A stretch of 63,587 nt of DNA, filler included, from Nemertoderma westbladi (taxonomy: Eukaryota > Animalia > Xenacoelomorpha): NCBI GenBank assembly GCA_032718475.1. It is 4 parts of 4 records of this genome, joined end to end, with 100 filler letters (N's around TTAATTAATTAA, not from the genome) between each part and the next. Parts side by side here need not be neighbours in the genome. Positions count along the whole stretch, not along the records: positions 31,874 to 59,498 come from JAUCBJ010003029.1; positions 59,599 to 63,587 come from JAUCBJ010003855.1; 2 more parts are not named here. One strand, written 5' to 3'. A program made the position numbers and the translations under genes. Shown one piece after another: positions 50,638 to 61,992 of the stretch. Under the pieces are notes generated by a model, which saw only the letters and a program-made list of their open reading frames with translations, was not told the DNA's origin and made no database searches. The first letter of the stretch is position 1. Every line of letters begins with the position of its first letter.

Positions 50638-53600
50638 TTACCCCACCCTACCGAACTGCGCCAACACCCCAGGGTCTGAGTCCGCGTTCGCCAACCGGAT
50701 CGATGAGTCGGTGACTGCCTCCCGCACCGGTCGCCTAGCAGCCGAACGGTACCCGCGTAAACACATTAATGACGACCTGAGGAGGGAGAAAGAGAAACTG
50801 ATTCGCCGACGTACCCATGAGACGCACTCTGGATAGGGAACCTGCCGTTTGTCGGACAACTTCACCGCCAGTCGTTTGACAAACTGATGGGCAGCTGGTG
50901 CCATTCAGCCGAAAGCAGAGAAAATTAAGGGAGTGAAGGTGGAGTGTTCCACCTCGCGTAATCTCTCCTCGTATTTCCGGCACTTCCTCGCCTCGTGGTG
51001 GAGATGGGCGGCGTCAATCGACATCGCCGCGTTGGTGTCCGCCAGCGGGTTGAACACCGACACATCGATAAACATTTTCTGGTAGCGATTGCCCCAGAAT
51101 CCGCTCACCGACACGTCGAGCCGCGCCAGCTGGTCCGTCGAGGTGGAGCGGAGGGAGAAAGACTCCCCCGTTAGTGGCTGGAGCATCGGTTCGACTGCCA
51201 CACTGTGGGCCACCTCGGTTAGGGTGTCGGCGACGAAATCGCGGATCTCGTTGTGTCTTATGGAGGGGAAACCGTTCTGTCGTGGGACACGACAGAACGT
51301 GGGTTGCAGAAAATCGGGACCCACAAACACAACGAGATGGTAGGTTCTTCGGCAACCAACCGTAGCGGAGACAAACAGCATCCCTAAACTCTCATTTGGA
51401 CAGGTGAGTGTCATGCAGGGTGAGTGGTTTGGTGTTTAACCACACAGACGCACCTTTTTCAGTAGTTAGTATAACCAAATTATGTTGGTCAGAACTTAAT
51501 AGGTCGTAAACCTCCTCCTTTTTAGCTTTCGCTACAACTGATGAAGAGGTGGCTACTAACTTGGCTATGTGTGTCTGCTCCTCTCTCACCACTGCCATAG
51601 ACTCACCTTCCAAGGAGGCAAATGGTTCGCAAATCCTCCGGGAATATTCGTACTGGGGCTGTAGATCAGCTGGTACGGGGATCCCTAGCCCACCATTGCG
51701 AACCGGGAGCGACATCAGTTGCCGTTCTACCGGTGTTATTGCTGGGCGGTCAAATATCCGGCACAGACACCTCCCTACGGACTCCTCCAGACCACCAAAT
51801 CTGTCAGTGGCTCCAGGGACAACGTGCGCCAGAAACCGCCACCGACAGGACAGACCGAATGCCAGTCCGGCATATGCGCAATGTGGATCAACAGCGGCGA
51901 TGGTAGCGAGTCGTTCCACGTCTGCGGCGAACTCCTCGACTTTTTGTTCGATGAAGTTGTTACGGAACTCCTCGGTGCCGATAACACCTCCCAGGAGTTT
52001 GTTTCCAACTGAGTCGACTGTAAAATTGGTGTCCGCGAACATTATCTTTGCTTCCTGGAGTTTTTCCGGTTTTACAACAAGGGAGCATTTTGTCGGGTAG
52101 TAACCGTAGAGAGGCCCCCTAGCGGAAACAATGTCCCAGAACTTCCGGAGTTCGACAAGTTTGCCTGCCGCATTGCCGTCATCTGCGTACCATTTCTGTA
52201 CGACGCTACAGCCATGACTCAGTTCCAATAGTATAGGGATCAGCCCGCAGCCAAACATCGGCATTGCTGCCGGATCACCCTGAGTCGACCCTTCCTCGGA
52301 GAACAGAGACTCTCCACCGACAAATAAACACGACGGCTGGTCATAACAATTTGCCACGATTGTATAGAGTGCCGGGCAGACCTGCCGGATGTTATGCAGC
52401 GCCGCCTGCCGGTTCAGCGAATTGAAAGCATTGGTAGCATCGATCTGTAGAACTGCATCACAGTCGGCGGTGATGAAGGCATCGTTTAGGGTGTGGATGG
52501 CGGATTCAATACCCGATTTCTGCCCCAAACACATCTGAACCGAGCCGCCCACCTCCTGCAGATCTTCTCGGATGCAAGTCATTGCAGCTTTCCCGACTAC
52601 CGAACTGACTGATCCCGACTGTCTGCGACACGAGTTTACCCAAGTCGGCAATTCGATCACAGAGATCCGTTGACTGGTTCTGGAACTTCGTTAGCAGGTG
52701 TTTCCATCCCTGGACGTCTAAACCCGAGGGACCCGCAGCATTTCCCCGCATTCGTAGAAGACTGGACAGTATGAGCTGTCCATTTAAACGTTCATATACG
52801 ATGCTGTGGAACTCCGGTGCTCCCTCAAACTTGTCCAAGAGAATCGACTTATCGGCGGGTTTAGCAACCGGGTGTTTCTCCCGCAATACATCACGCACCA
52901 CCTTAGTGTTCCCAACTTTGTCAATGAAGGTGTCGTCCAACTTCAGCGGTTTCCCACGATTTAAGTCACTCAGACACCGCGTTGCCGCTGAAACGTTTCC
53001 AGTCAACATATAACGCACAAACGTTTTCTGCAATGCGATGTTCTGCGATTCTCCCCGAAAACGTTGTTTAGAGAGGTGGGACTGGATCGCCCTTTCTTCA
53101 ACCAAGAGTTCGTTGAAATCGGCCTGTTTCCAACTTCGTAACCGGCGTTCTAGAACACTCCTGTGTGTTCCCGTTGTAGAGGTGCGGCTGGGTTTTTGCA
53201 GCAACAGAGACGGTGCGACAAACAACGCCGTGAGCGCGAGCGGTTGTAGTATGCTACCCGTAGTAACCAGCTCGATGAGGTGTGATAACCCAGCAACGAA
53301 ATCGCGTCCAACTGCCCCCTGGGGAACAAGGAACAGGTTGGGTCGCCAGTGAACCACAATATCGTACGCGTTGTTTATAGCCTCCTTTAACTGCTCAATA
53401 GATATCCGGATGCTGCCCCAAGGGACGAGGTGAGCCCAGGATTTGGCAACAGTGGGCTGTGTAGTGTACCAGGGGGACCAGTAACAGAAGGACCCGTGAC
53501 TGAGGGACCCACGACTGAAGGACCCGTGACTAAAGGACCCATGACTGAAAGACCCTTTACTGGCGGACCCGTGACGGAAGGACCCATGACTGAAGGACTG

Positions 53601-55424
53601 GTGACTGAAGAACCCGTGACAGAAGGACATGTGACAGAAGGACCTGATACAAGAGGACCCGTGACAATAGGACCCATGACCGAAGAAGCCGTGACAGAAG
53701 GACCCGAGACTGAAGGACCCGTGACTAAAGGACCCGTGACTGAAGGACCCATAATAGAGGGACCCGTTACGGAAGGAACCGTGACTGATGGACCCGTGAC
53801 CGGAAGACCCATGACTGAAGGACCCGAGACTGAATGACCCTTTACAGAAGGACCCATGACTGAAGGACCCGTGACTGAAAGACACGTTACGGAAGAACCC
53901 ATAACTGAAGGACCCATTACTGAAGGACCCGTGACGGTAGGACCCGTGACTGAAGGACCCATGACTGAATGACCCGTTACTGAAGGACCCGTGACGGTAG
54001 GACCCGTGACTGAAGGACCCATGACTGAAGGACCCGTGACAGAGAGACAAGTGACAGAAGGACCTGTGACAGGAGGACCCGTGACAAGAGGACCCATGAC
54101 TGAAGGACTCGTGACAGAAGGACCCGTGACAGAAGGACCAATGACTGAAGGACCCGTGACTGAAGGACCCATGACTGAAGGACCCGTTACGGTAGGACCC
54201 GTGACTGACGGAGCCATGTCTGAAGGACCCATGACTGAAGGACCCATGACTGAAGGACCCATGACTGAAGGACCCATGACTGAAGGACCCGTTAATGAAG
54301 GACCCGTGACCGTATGACCCGTGACTGAAGGACCCATGACTGAAGGACCCGTGACAGAAAGACAAGTCACAGAAGGACCTGTGACAGGAGGACCCGTGAC
54401 AGTTGGACCCGTGACTGAAGGACCCATGACTGAAGGACCCATGACTGAAGGACCCGTGACAGAAAGACAAGTGACAGAAGGATCCATGACTGAAGGACCC
54501 GTGACAAGAGGACCCATGACTGAAGGACCCGTGACCGAAGGAACCATGACTGAAGGACCCGTGACAGAAAGACAAGTGACGGAAGGACCTGTGACAGGAG
54601 GACCCGTGACGATAGGACCCGTGACTGAAGGACCCGTGACAGAAAGACAAGTGACAGATGGACCCATGACTGAAGGACCGGTGACAAGAGGACCCATGAC
54701 TGAAGGACCCGTGACAGAAGGACCCGTGACGGTAGGACCCGTGACTGAAGGACCCACGACTGAAGGACCCGTGACAGAAAGACAAGTGACAGAAGGACCT
54801 GTGACAGAAGGACCCATGACAAGAGGACCCATGAACGAAGAACCCGTGACAGAAAGACCCGTGTCAGAAGGACAAGTGACCGAAGGACCCGTGACATGAG
54901 GACCCTTGACAGGAGGACCCGTGACAGGAGGACCCGTGACAGAGAGACCCGTAGCAGCTCGACCACCCTGTCCATTCACCTCACCACGTACCCGACTTAA
55001 AATTTCCCTCGCCCTAGTTCGCGCTTCCCCTGGAGATAACTCACCGAAAGTATAAACGGGAGTTGCCGAACCCCTAGAAGGACTACATAACTGGGAGATA
55101 TCCTGTGGGGCATCTAGCTGAGGCGCCACACTTAATAGTGGTGTTTCAGTTAAAGTGGTGTCGAAATCCACCAACGTATCATGCCACTGAAATTCCTCAT
55201 CCGATATCGTACCGCCGCTGTCCGTTGGCTGTGAGTGTGAAGCTACGACTGTGGTAGCCGGACTGTCCGGGAGAGGCACCGGTTGTGAGGAAAACGTGCC
55301 TCCTCCATTCGCGCAGTTTCCTTCCCGGAGCGCAGTTTGTGCATCGTCGATTACGTTTAACACAAACACATCTCGTGCAGCGGGGAGCCGATTTGGAGTT
55401 GCTGCAGCCGCAGCAAGCCACCAT
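50638..55424 (-). pseudogene. Disrupted CRE polyprotein: Cys-rich N-terminus, pentapeptide array, RT, CCHC finger, RLE endonuclease
   Basis: MVACCGCS..RCTRCVCVK..RCTNC; HWRPNLFLVPQG...LLLQKPS...ERRLRSW; DATNAFNSLNR, GSTQGDP, WYADD; CVCG..HVLSC, RHNEIRD, RLDV..GFW, IDVSV, HEARKCRKY, FTPLIFS. Several frameshifts and an apparent deletion near 52630. Confidence 0.92.
53475..54951. repeat. 15-bp tandem array (gaccc[g/a]tgac[t/a]gaag, ~98 units) inside the CRE ORF
   Basis: The 15-nt register holds across the array: successive 60-nt lines from 53521 to 54901 start at the same unit position. Confidence 0.97.
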
Positions 55425-55699
55425 TATTGGAAGTGTGGTTTCGGGTTTTGGGTTTTTTTTCCCTACCCGAGTTTAATCAATTGTGTTGGCGCCAAGCTGT
55501 CTGGCTGTCTGATAGGTGGTGCAGTACAGGGTAGCAACAAGGTGCAGTCAGAGCAGTACAGCAGTACTACAGTAAGGTAGCTAAACTAGTATACAATGTA
55601 TACAATGTATATCTACTTACCACTTATACCTACTGACTGACTATAGTATGAGTACAGTAAATATTAGTGGTGGGTATATTTTAGTTAGTTATTTATATA

Positions 55700-56450
55700 G
55701 GTGGTGGCCGGTGGGTGTGAGTGGGTAGGAAAGTAATGAGGTGGGTGCGTGTGGGTAGGATAGGAAGGTAATATGGTGGGTGTGAGTGGGTAGGGAGTTA
55801 ATGAGGTGGGTGTGAGTGGGTATGAAGGTAATATGGTGAGTGTGAGTGGGTAGCAAGGTACTATGGTGGGTGTGAGTGGGTAGGAAGGTAATATGGTGGG
55901 TGTGAGTGGGTAGGAAGGTAATATGGTGGGTGTGAGTGGGTAGGGTGGTAATGAGGTGGGTGTGAGTGGGTAGGAAGGTAACGAAGTGGGTGTGAGTGGG
56001 TAGGAAGGTAATGAAGTGGGTGTAAGTGGGTAGGAAGGTAATGAAGTGGGTGTGAGTGGGAATGAAGGTAATATGGTGGGTGTGAGTGGGTAGGAAGGTA
56101 ATATGGTGGGTGTGAGTGGGTAGGAAGGTAATATGGTGGGTGTGAGTGGGTAGGAAGGTAATGAGGTGGGTGTGAGTGGGTAGGAAGGTAATATAGTGGG
56201 TGTGAGTGGGTAGGGTGGTAATGAGGTGGGTGTGAGTGGGTAGGGTGGTAATGAGGTGGGTGTGAGTGGGTAGGAAGGTAATGACGTGGGTGTGAGTGGG
56301 TAGGAAGTTATATAGTGGGTGTGAGTGGGTAGGAAGGTAATGAGGTGGGTGTGAGTGGGTAGGAAGGTAATGAAGTGGGTGTGAGTGGGTAGGGAGGTAA
56401 TATAGTGGGAGTGAGTGGTTAGGAAGGTACTATGGTGGGTGTGAGTGGTG
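55700..56450. repeat. 30-bp G-rich minisatellite (gtgggtgtgagtgggtaggaaggtaatatg), ~25 units
   Basis: Directly visible. Confidence 0.95.
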
Positions 56451-57119
56451 CTATTGCGCACTCTGAGTACCACCAATGACAAGAAAATGGCCAAATTGAC
56501 CCATTAGGTTTATTATATTTAGATTTTATTTATATTATATTTGGTTTATTATTGGTTACATTATATAATAATGTTTTTTCTTTATTATAGTATCAACAAA
56601 CACCGTCAATTTCAATCATAATGTCATGGATCTAAGCGATGTAAAAAGCGACGCGTAAGTGCTTGTGTGGTGTAGTTATTTGAAATTGGCGTCTGTTATT
56701 GTTACAGTACGTGTCTAGCACGTCATTTGACGTGCTTGTGTGGTGTTCCAGTGTAGTATTTGACGTCTGATGACGTAATTGACACGTGTCTAACAAGTCA
56801 TTTGACGTAAACTGTAGCACGTCATGGTTTGACGTGCTCAAACACGTGTTTAACACTTCCAAAATACACGTGGCCAAGACGTCATTTTCAACACGTTGAC
56901 GTCAAATAATTACGTCGTTGGTCGTATCCACGTGTTTTTGACGTGTTGATGCTTATAGGGAAGACACAAACAAACAATTGATAAAAGTAGAACCGACAGC
57001 GAAACTAAACCATTTCCACATTGTCCAACCTGCCAGCACGAATATTTTTGCTACTCATGTGTCGGGAATTCTACCGACAGACCTTACTGCCTTGGACCAA
57101 TAGTATGTAGCGTTTGCAC

Positions 57120-58499
57120 GGGTGTAAACACTACGCCGACAACCGGCAACCACTGACGACAACAGCAAATATGAAAATGAAACCTGAGTTCACAACTCTC
57201 GTTTATTGTTTTGGCAGTTTTGGTTAGACTAACTGTTCGCGCTTTTAGACCTTTAGCAGTTTAACCTGCCAATTTTAGTTGTCTTTTTGTTTATAAATCG
57301 ACTTTAGCCTAGATCAATTATTTAATGTACTGAAGTTACATCCGCCGAAGCCAGTCTGTGCGCGACCATTCACCCACAGTTAAGGGAGACTGGATTCGGA
57401 TGCTTTGATAGTGATTGCGGTGTAGACCTACTGTATTATTCGATTGATCGTTAATATATAATCTCTGACAATATATTTACTTTCGGGGAAATATTAACAG
57501 TTCCTTTAGGACGTGGCGCTTTAAGTATAAAAACAGAGTTATGACTTATACTAATCACAACAAGATGGCCACATGAGTTTCGTAAAAAGCGCATTCTTTA
57601 GGAGATGCTTTATTAACCTTCACACTACTTCACACGGCTTCACACTACTTCACACTACTTCACACTGATCTGCCGACCGTCACTGAATTTGATCATATAT
57701 AAGGAGGATCGCAACTGACACATGTAGGGATTATGAAATAGCATTTAATTCACACAAAAAACCACTATAATGTAAGTCGCAGTTGCTACCGGTAAACCTG
57801 TTCCTCTAACCTTCAGTCATCAAGAAGATTGGGGGTTTTATGATTATTCATCGGTATTCTCCAAATATATCAGCAATATACAATTAACATAACACCAATT
57901 AATAACAGAAGCAAATAATGCGGTGAACAGTCAGTATGTGTTACTTATGCAGTGTTCCATGTGCAGCAATGCATGAATTGCGGTGTGATGCTGTAGTTGA
58001 ATCGTTAATAGTTTTACGTTCTTGTAATCAAAGCCATCAGATGAGATGTTTAGGCCAAAGTCTGAAACTTCTACACAGAAGTACAGAAGAATTCCAAGCC
58101 GGTGTTCTGAGGCTCAGAATGGTAAACAAAGACCGTAATGCATTGCGCGGGTTTCCTGTAGGCCCTTGTCCAACATAAAATGAAAATCGCTCTGATTGGC
58201 TGAGCTAGGCAGAACAAAGAAAGGTTTCACGTTTACAGTAAATCAGCTGACAGATTTCGTCATCTGAGCTCCAGTCTTTTAGAGTATTAGGCGCATTGCG
58301 GCAAAAATGACTTGTTACGTCCTCTAAAGCACCTACACGGTACATTGCGGGGAAAAATGACTTGTTATGTCCGCAAAAGCTTTTACACTAACCTTCAACT
58401 GTAACCTGTTCATTTCCCTCAATTAATAAATAACATTAATTAGCTTTAATAATGGTTGTCGGCGTGGGTTGTCTGCGTTACGGCGTAGCATTTACACCC
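57120..58499. mobile_element. Mutator(MULE)-like MITE (~220 bp net) with 9-bp TSD, split by a solo LTR
   Basis: cgtttgcac|GGGTGTAAACACTACGCCG ... CGGCGTAGCATTTACACCC|cgtttgcac. Confidence 0.85.
57234..58387 (-). mobile_element. Solo LTR of the BEL/Pao family (subfamily B-like)
   Basis: ctaac|TGTTCGCGC...AAAAGCTTTTACA|ctaac (5-bp TSD); homologous to 15580-16867. Confidence 0.93.
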
Positions 58500-59498
58500 C
58501 GTTTGCACGAAGTGGTTGGTATCATAAAAGTTGTGTGGATAAAACGGAAACGAGTTTCGGGGTGATGCACTGATATGTGAGACCAGCATTTTGCCCACAT
58601 TGAATATTACTACGTTGCAAGAACTTCAATGATATACTGTATAAAGTACAGTATGTTTATTACTAAACCAAACTTAATTATAAATATTTCATTTACAGTA
58701 CATCGTTGTGATTAAACTAATCCACTTATACTACATATGGATTTTTTTTCTTGCAAATATTATGCCTGGTATTGTACCATATAATATATGGCTTACTCGA
58801 TTACTAGCTGACTAACTCTAGTAGTAACACTAACACTAACACCATTACTTTGGAATAATGGTAACCTGAACTTTTTGAAGTTAGCAATATTCCATTCTCA
58901 TTGACTCTGTGTTAAACAGGATTAACGTGATTGATTGCTGCTTAGTAGCAGCCCCTAGCAGGTTTCTCCAACCACATCACTTGTTTTATACAAAATGGAA
59001 TAATGTTAACTGGAAAAGCCACGATCTAAGCACCCGTTACAGCTATATACAAGGCCATGCCATCGAGTTGACTAGGTGACTGGGGGCACGATTTTTTTTA
59101 CAACAATTTGATATTTTGATATGGGAGTATGGGGAGAGTTCTATAAATTTTGATTTGCTGCAATTTGGTCAATAGACGTACCCAGGTAGCACAAATACGT
59201 AAATTTACGTTCATTATTCGTCCAGACGTTCTGAATTTATGTTCATATGACGTTATAATTCTCCCATAGGGCACTATTGATGCTGAACGTTCAATAGTTC
59301 AAAGTTGGCCGTCAGAAGTACCTTAATATGAACGGTAATTGAACGTAAAAGAGACCACAGGCAATCTATGTTCAAATGACGTTTTGATCTGTGATGCACT
59401 AGACGTTCGTTTCTGGTGTGTTATACAGTCGGGGTCTCAAAGTGCATCTGTTCTTTGAGATTTTCTCAAAGTTTTTCTAAAAGCGCCCTTTGACAAGC

Positions 59499-59598
59499 NN
59501 NNNNNNNNNNNNNNNNNNNNNNNNNNNNNNNNNNNNNNNNNNTTAATTAATTAANNNNNNNNNNNNNNNNNNNNNNNNNNNNNNNNNNNNNNNNNNNN
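59499..59598. other. Assembly gap with artificial linker
   Basis: N-run, TTAATTAATTAA, N-run. Confidence 0.97.
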
Positions 59599-60327
59599 AG
59601 AATCACAAAAGTGATTGTCCATTTAGACCAATTATTTCTAGTATAGATACACCGGCATATAATTTAGCTAAATTTGTTGTTCCACTTATCCGCCCTACCA
59701 CCACGAGTTGGTACACAGTAACAGATACATTTTCATTCGTTGAAGAACTAAGTAAACTTAATTTCAATAAGAAAGTTTACATGGTATCGTTTGATGTAAC
59801 TTCATTATTTACTAATGTTCCCGTGTTAAAGACCATTGATATTATTATAATAACCATCATTATAACTTTAATAACCAAGTTTCGAGGCAGGACAATTTAA
59901 ACAATTATTGAAATTAGCGGTGTTAACTAATTGTTTTGTATTTAATGGGAAACTCTACCAACAGACCGACGGTGTGTCTATGGGTTCGCCATTAGGTCCG
60001 AATTTCGCTAACGCATTTCTATCGTAACATGAACTCGGTTGGCTCGATAATTGTCCAATTAAATTTAAACCTTTATTTTACCGTCGCTACGTTGATGACA
60101 CATTTTGCATCTTTGACAATGAGTTGCAAGCGGAACAGTTCTTGAGATACCTTAACTCTAAACATCCAAATATCAAGTTTACGTGCGAAACTGAAAGAAA
60201 TAGTTATATCTCCTTTCTTGATATTTTAATCACCCAGAACAATAATAATTTCAGTTTCGATACAGAAGTTTATCATAAACCAACATATACAGGTTAATAC
60301 ATGAACTTTCATAGTTATTTACCTTTT

Positions 60328-61267
60328 TGTGACGGGATCTGTGAGATCCCAACCGGGTTAGATTTGTACGCGTCACCGTTCTGCTGGGCAGTTTTGGCCG
60401 AAGGCCGTTGGGGAAAACAATAGAGTTTCCGTTTTTCAATATTGATAGTCCAAACGATAATAGCACAATCGGTAAATCGGTAAATCAGTAATGACACAGA
60501 TATAATAGCAGAAAATACACAGATTGATTGCTGTTGTTAGTGGCGGTGACGGTCATAAACTATGACCAGTCTGCAACTGAGTAACTGAATGAACTGACCG
60601 GTAAATCAGTAATGCAGGATAATATATGATTAACACACACGGATATTGATTTCACCTCTTACTTTCTTTTTTTTTTTACTCAAAAGCCTCCATATATTAT
60701 AATATTAACAAACAATAATTCGAATATAAAAATGCACCAAAACAAGTACAAATATAACCCACCACCAGCTGATTCAAACTGTTACCTAGCAACAATACAA
60801 ACAATACAAATTGGTTCAGTACCCATCACCAGTCTGCCACTCTGCCACTGCCAGTACCCAACAAGCCCGCCAGACCTCTAACATCTAAGCCGTCCCAGGG
60901 TCCGAGTCCGCGTTCGCCCACACAATGGATTTCACCTCTTACTGTACTTGGCCCTCTGAACCCAGTGGATGCTGTCCTATCTCTAATCACGTGCTTCCCT
61001 CCCCGCTATTGGCTAATGTACTAATTGTCACTTTGGCACTCCCTGTGAGTGTTTCCCCCCGCTGCTAGCCTCTACTAGCTGTATTCCCTCCGAGGTGGTT
61101 TGATCTCTCACCTCTCTCTGTGGCTTTAGGGCTTGTGTCCCCCCCGCCCCCCATGTTGGTTATGAGGCGAGATTAATATTGGTAATCTCGTATCCCCAAC
61201 TATATTAGTAAAATGCCACTGGTCCCATTTTCTGGTGGGTAATGAAGTGGAATTGAATCCGATTACA
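60328..61267. mobile_element. Solo LTR of a second LTR family
   Basis: ctttt|TGTGACGGG...CCGATTACA|ctttt (TG...CA, 5-bp TSD); removal restores the host ORF. Confidence 0.88.
60664..60927 (-). mobile_element. Heavily 5'-truncated CRE-related insertion
   Basis: Poly(A) tail, 16-bp TSD GATTTCACCTCTTACT (60648-60663 and 60928-60943); shares cccagggtc.gagtccgcgttcgcc and cccaccaccagc with the CRE 3' end at 50521-50692. Confidence 0.85.
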
Positions 61268-61992
61268 CTTTTCAATATAAGTTTAGTCTTGTTTATGCAC
61301 TTGTTAACCGGACCTTTAGGATTTGTTCTTCTTATTTAGCATTTCATATAGAAATTAGTAAATTATGTCATATCTTTAGATGCAATGGGTATCCTATTCA
61401 TGTTATTAATGGTGCTATTAAGAAATTCTTATCGCGCATTCATGAACCACCCCCCGTTGTAACTACTGTACTACACCTAAACGCCCCATTACTTTTGTTT
61501 TACCCTATACCGGCAACCACGCTATTATCATTAAGGCTAGACTACAACGTTTGTTTGAATCTGTTTTCAGTCATATTTCTATTCGTGTTGTGTTTCGCAT
61601 TCAGCGGTAGGCCTCTTTCATTATTTATAATTTAGGTTAATTTTTTTCCCCATTGTATTTTGTCAGTCTATATTTTACCTTACTTTAGCTTACTTGATAT
61701 TGATAATGGTGCCTGCTGGACCCGAAACGTCGTATTTGTATTTACTGCTTGTAACATTTGTTGTGTATATAGTATATATAATTAAAATGAAATTTAAATG
61801 CGTTGTAATTGCTATTGTTTTCTTAATCTCACTGCTAAGATTCCCCACCAATGAACCACTAACTAGTTCTGTTCACTCACAAGCCAATAACCTAAAATTA
61901 AATTAAAATTAAACAATTTATTTTTGCGCTGACGACATTATTTTGAAGTACAGTTAAACATAACTAAAGCTACTGTTAAGTAGTTCACTAAA

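Larger units (their letters stand above)
48942..55613 (-). mobile_element. Full-length CRE-clade non-LTR retrotransposon (RT plus restriction-like endonuclease)
   Basis: Poly(A) tail (T-run 48941-48955), AATAAA at 48972-48977 (minus), TSD TACTTACCACT at 48931-48941 and 55614-55624, single long disrupted ORF. Confidence 0.9.
48566..56960. mobile_element. Non-autonomous CCC...GGG TIR element (CACTA/EnSpm-like, 2-bp TSD) hosting the CRE element
   Basis: aa|CCCTATAAGCAT ... ATGCTTATAGGG|aa; ACGT-rich subterminal regions on both sides, including ~70-bp tandem units at 48675-48930. Confidence 0.7.
59599..61790 (+). mobile_element. Degraded Penelope-like element (RT), split by a solo LTR; endonuclease region apparently deleted
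   Basis: PFRPIISSIDTPAYNLAKF, MVSFDVTSLFTNVP, DGVSMGSPLGP, YRRYVDDTF, ISFLDI. Removing 60328-61272 restores MNFHSYLPFQYKFSLV..RTFRICS...NGYP. Confidence 0.92.

Noticed and set aside
55685-56494. 269-aa extensin-like ORF (YPLTPTSLPS)n
   Set aside because: Translation of the 30-bp minisatellite inside a DNA element; no independent gene evidence.
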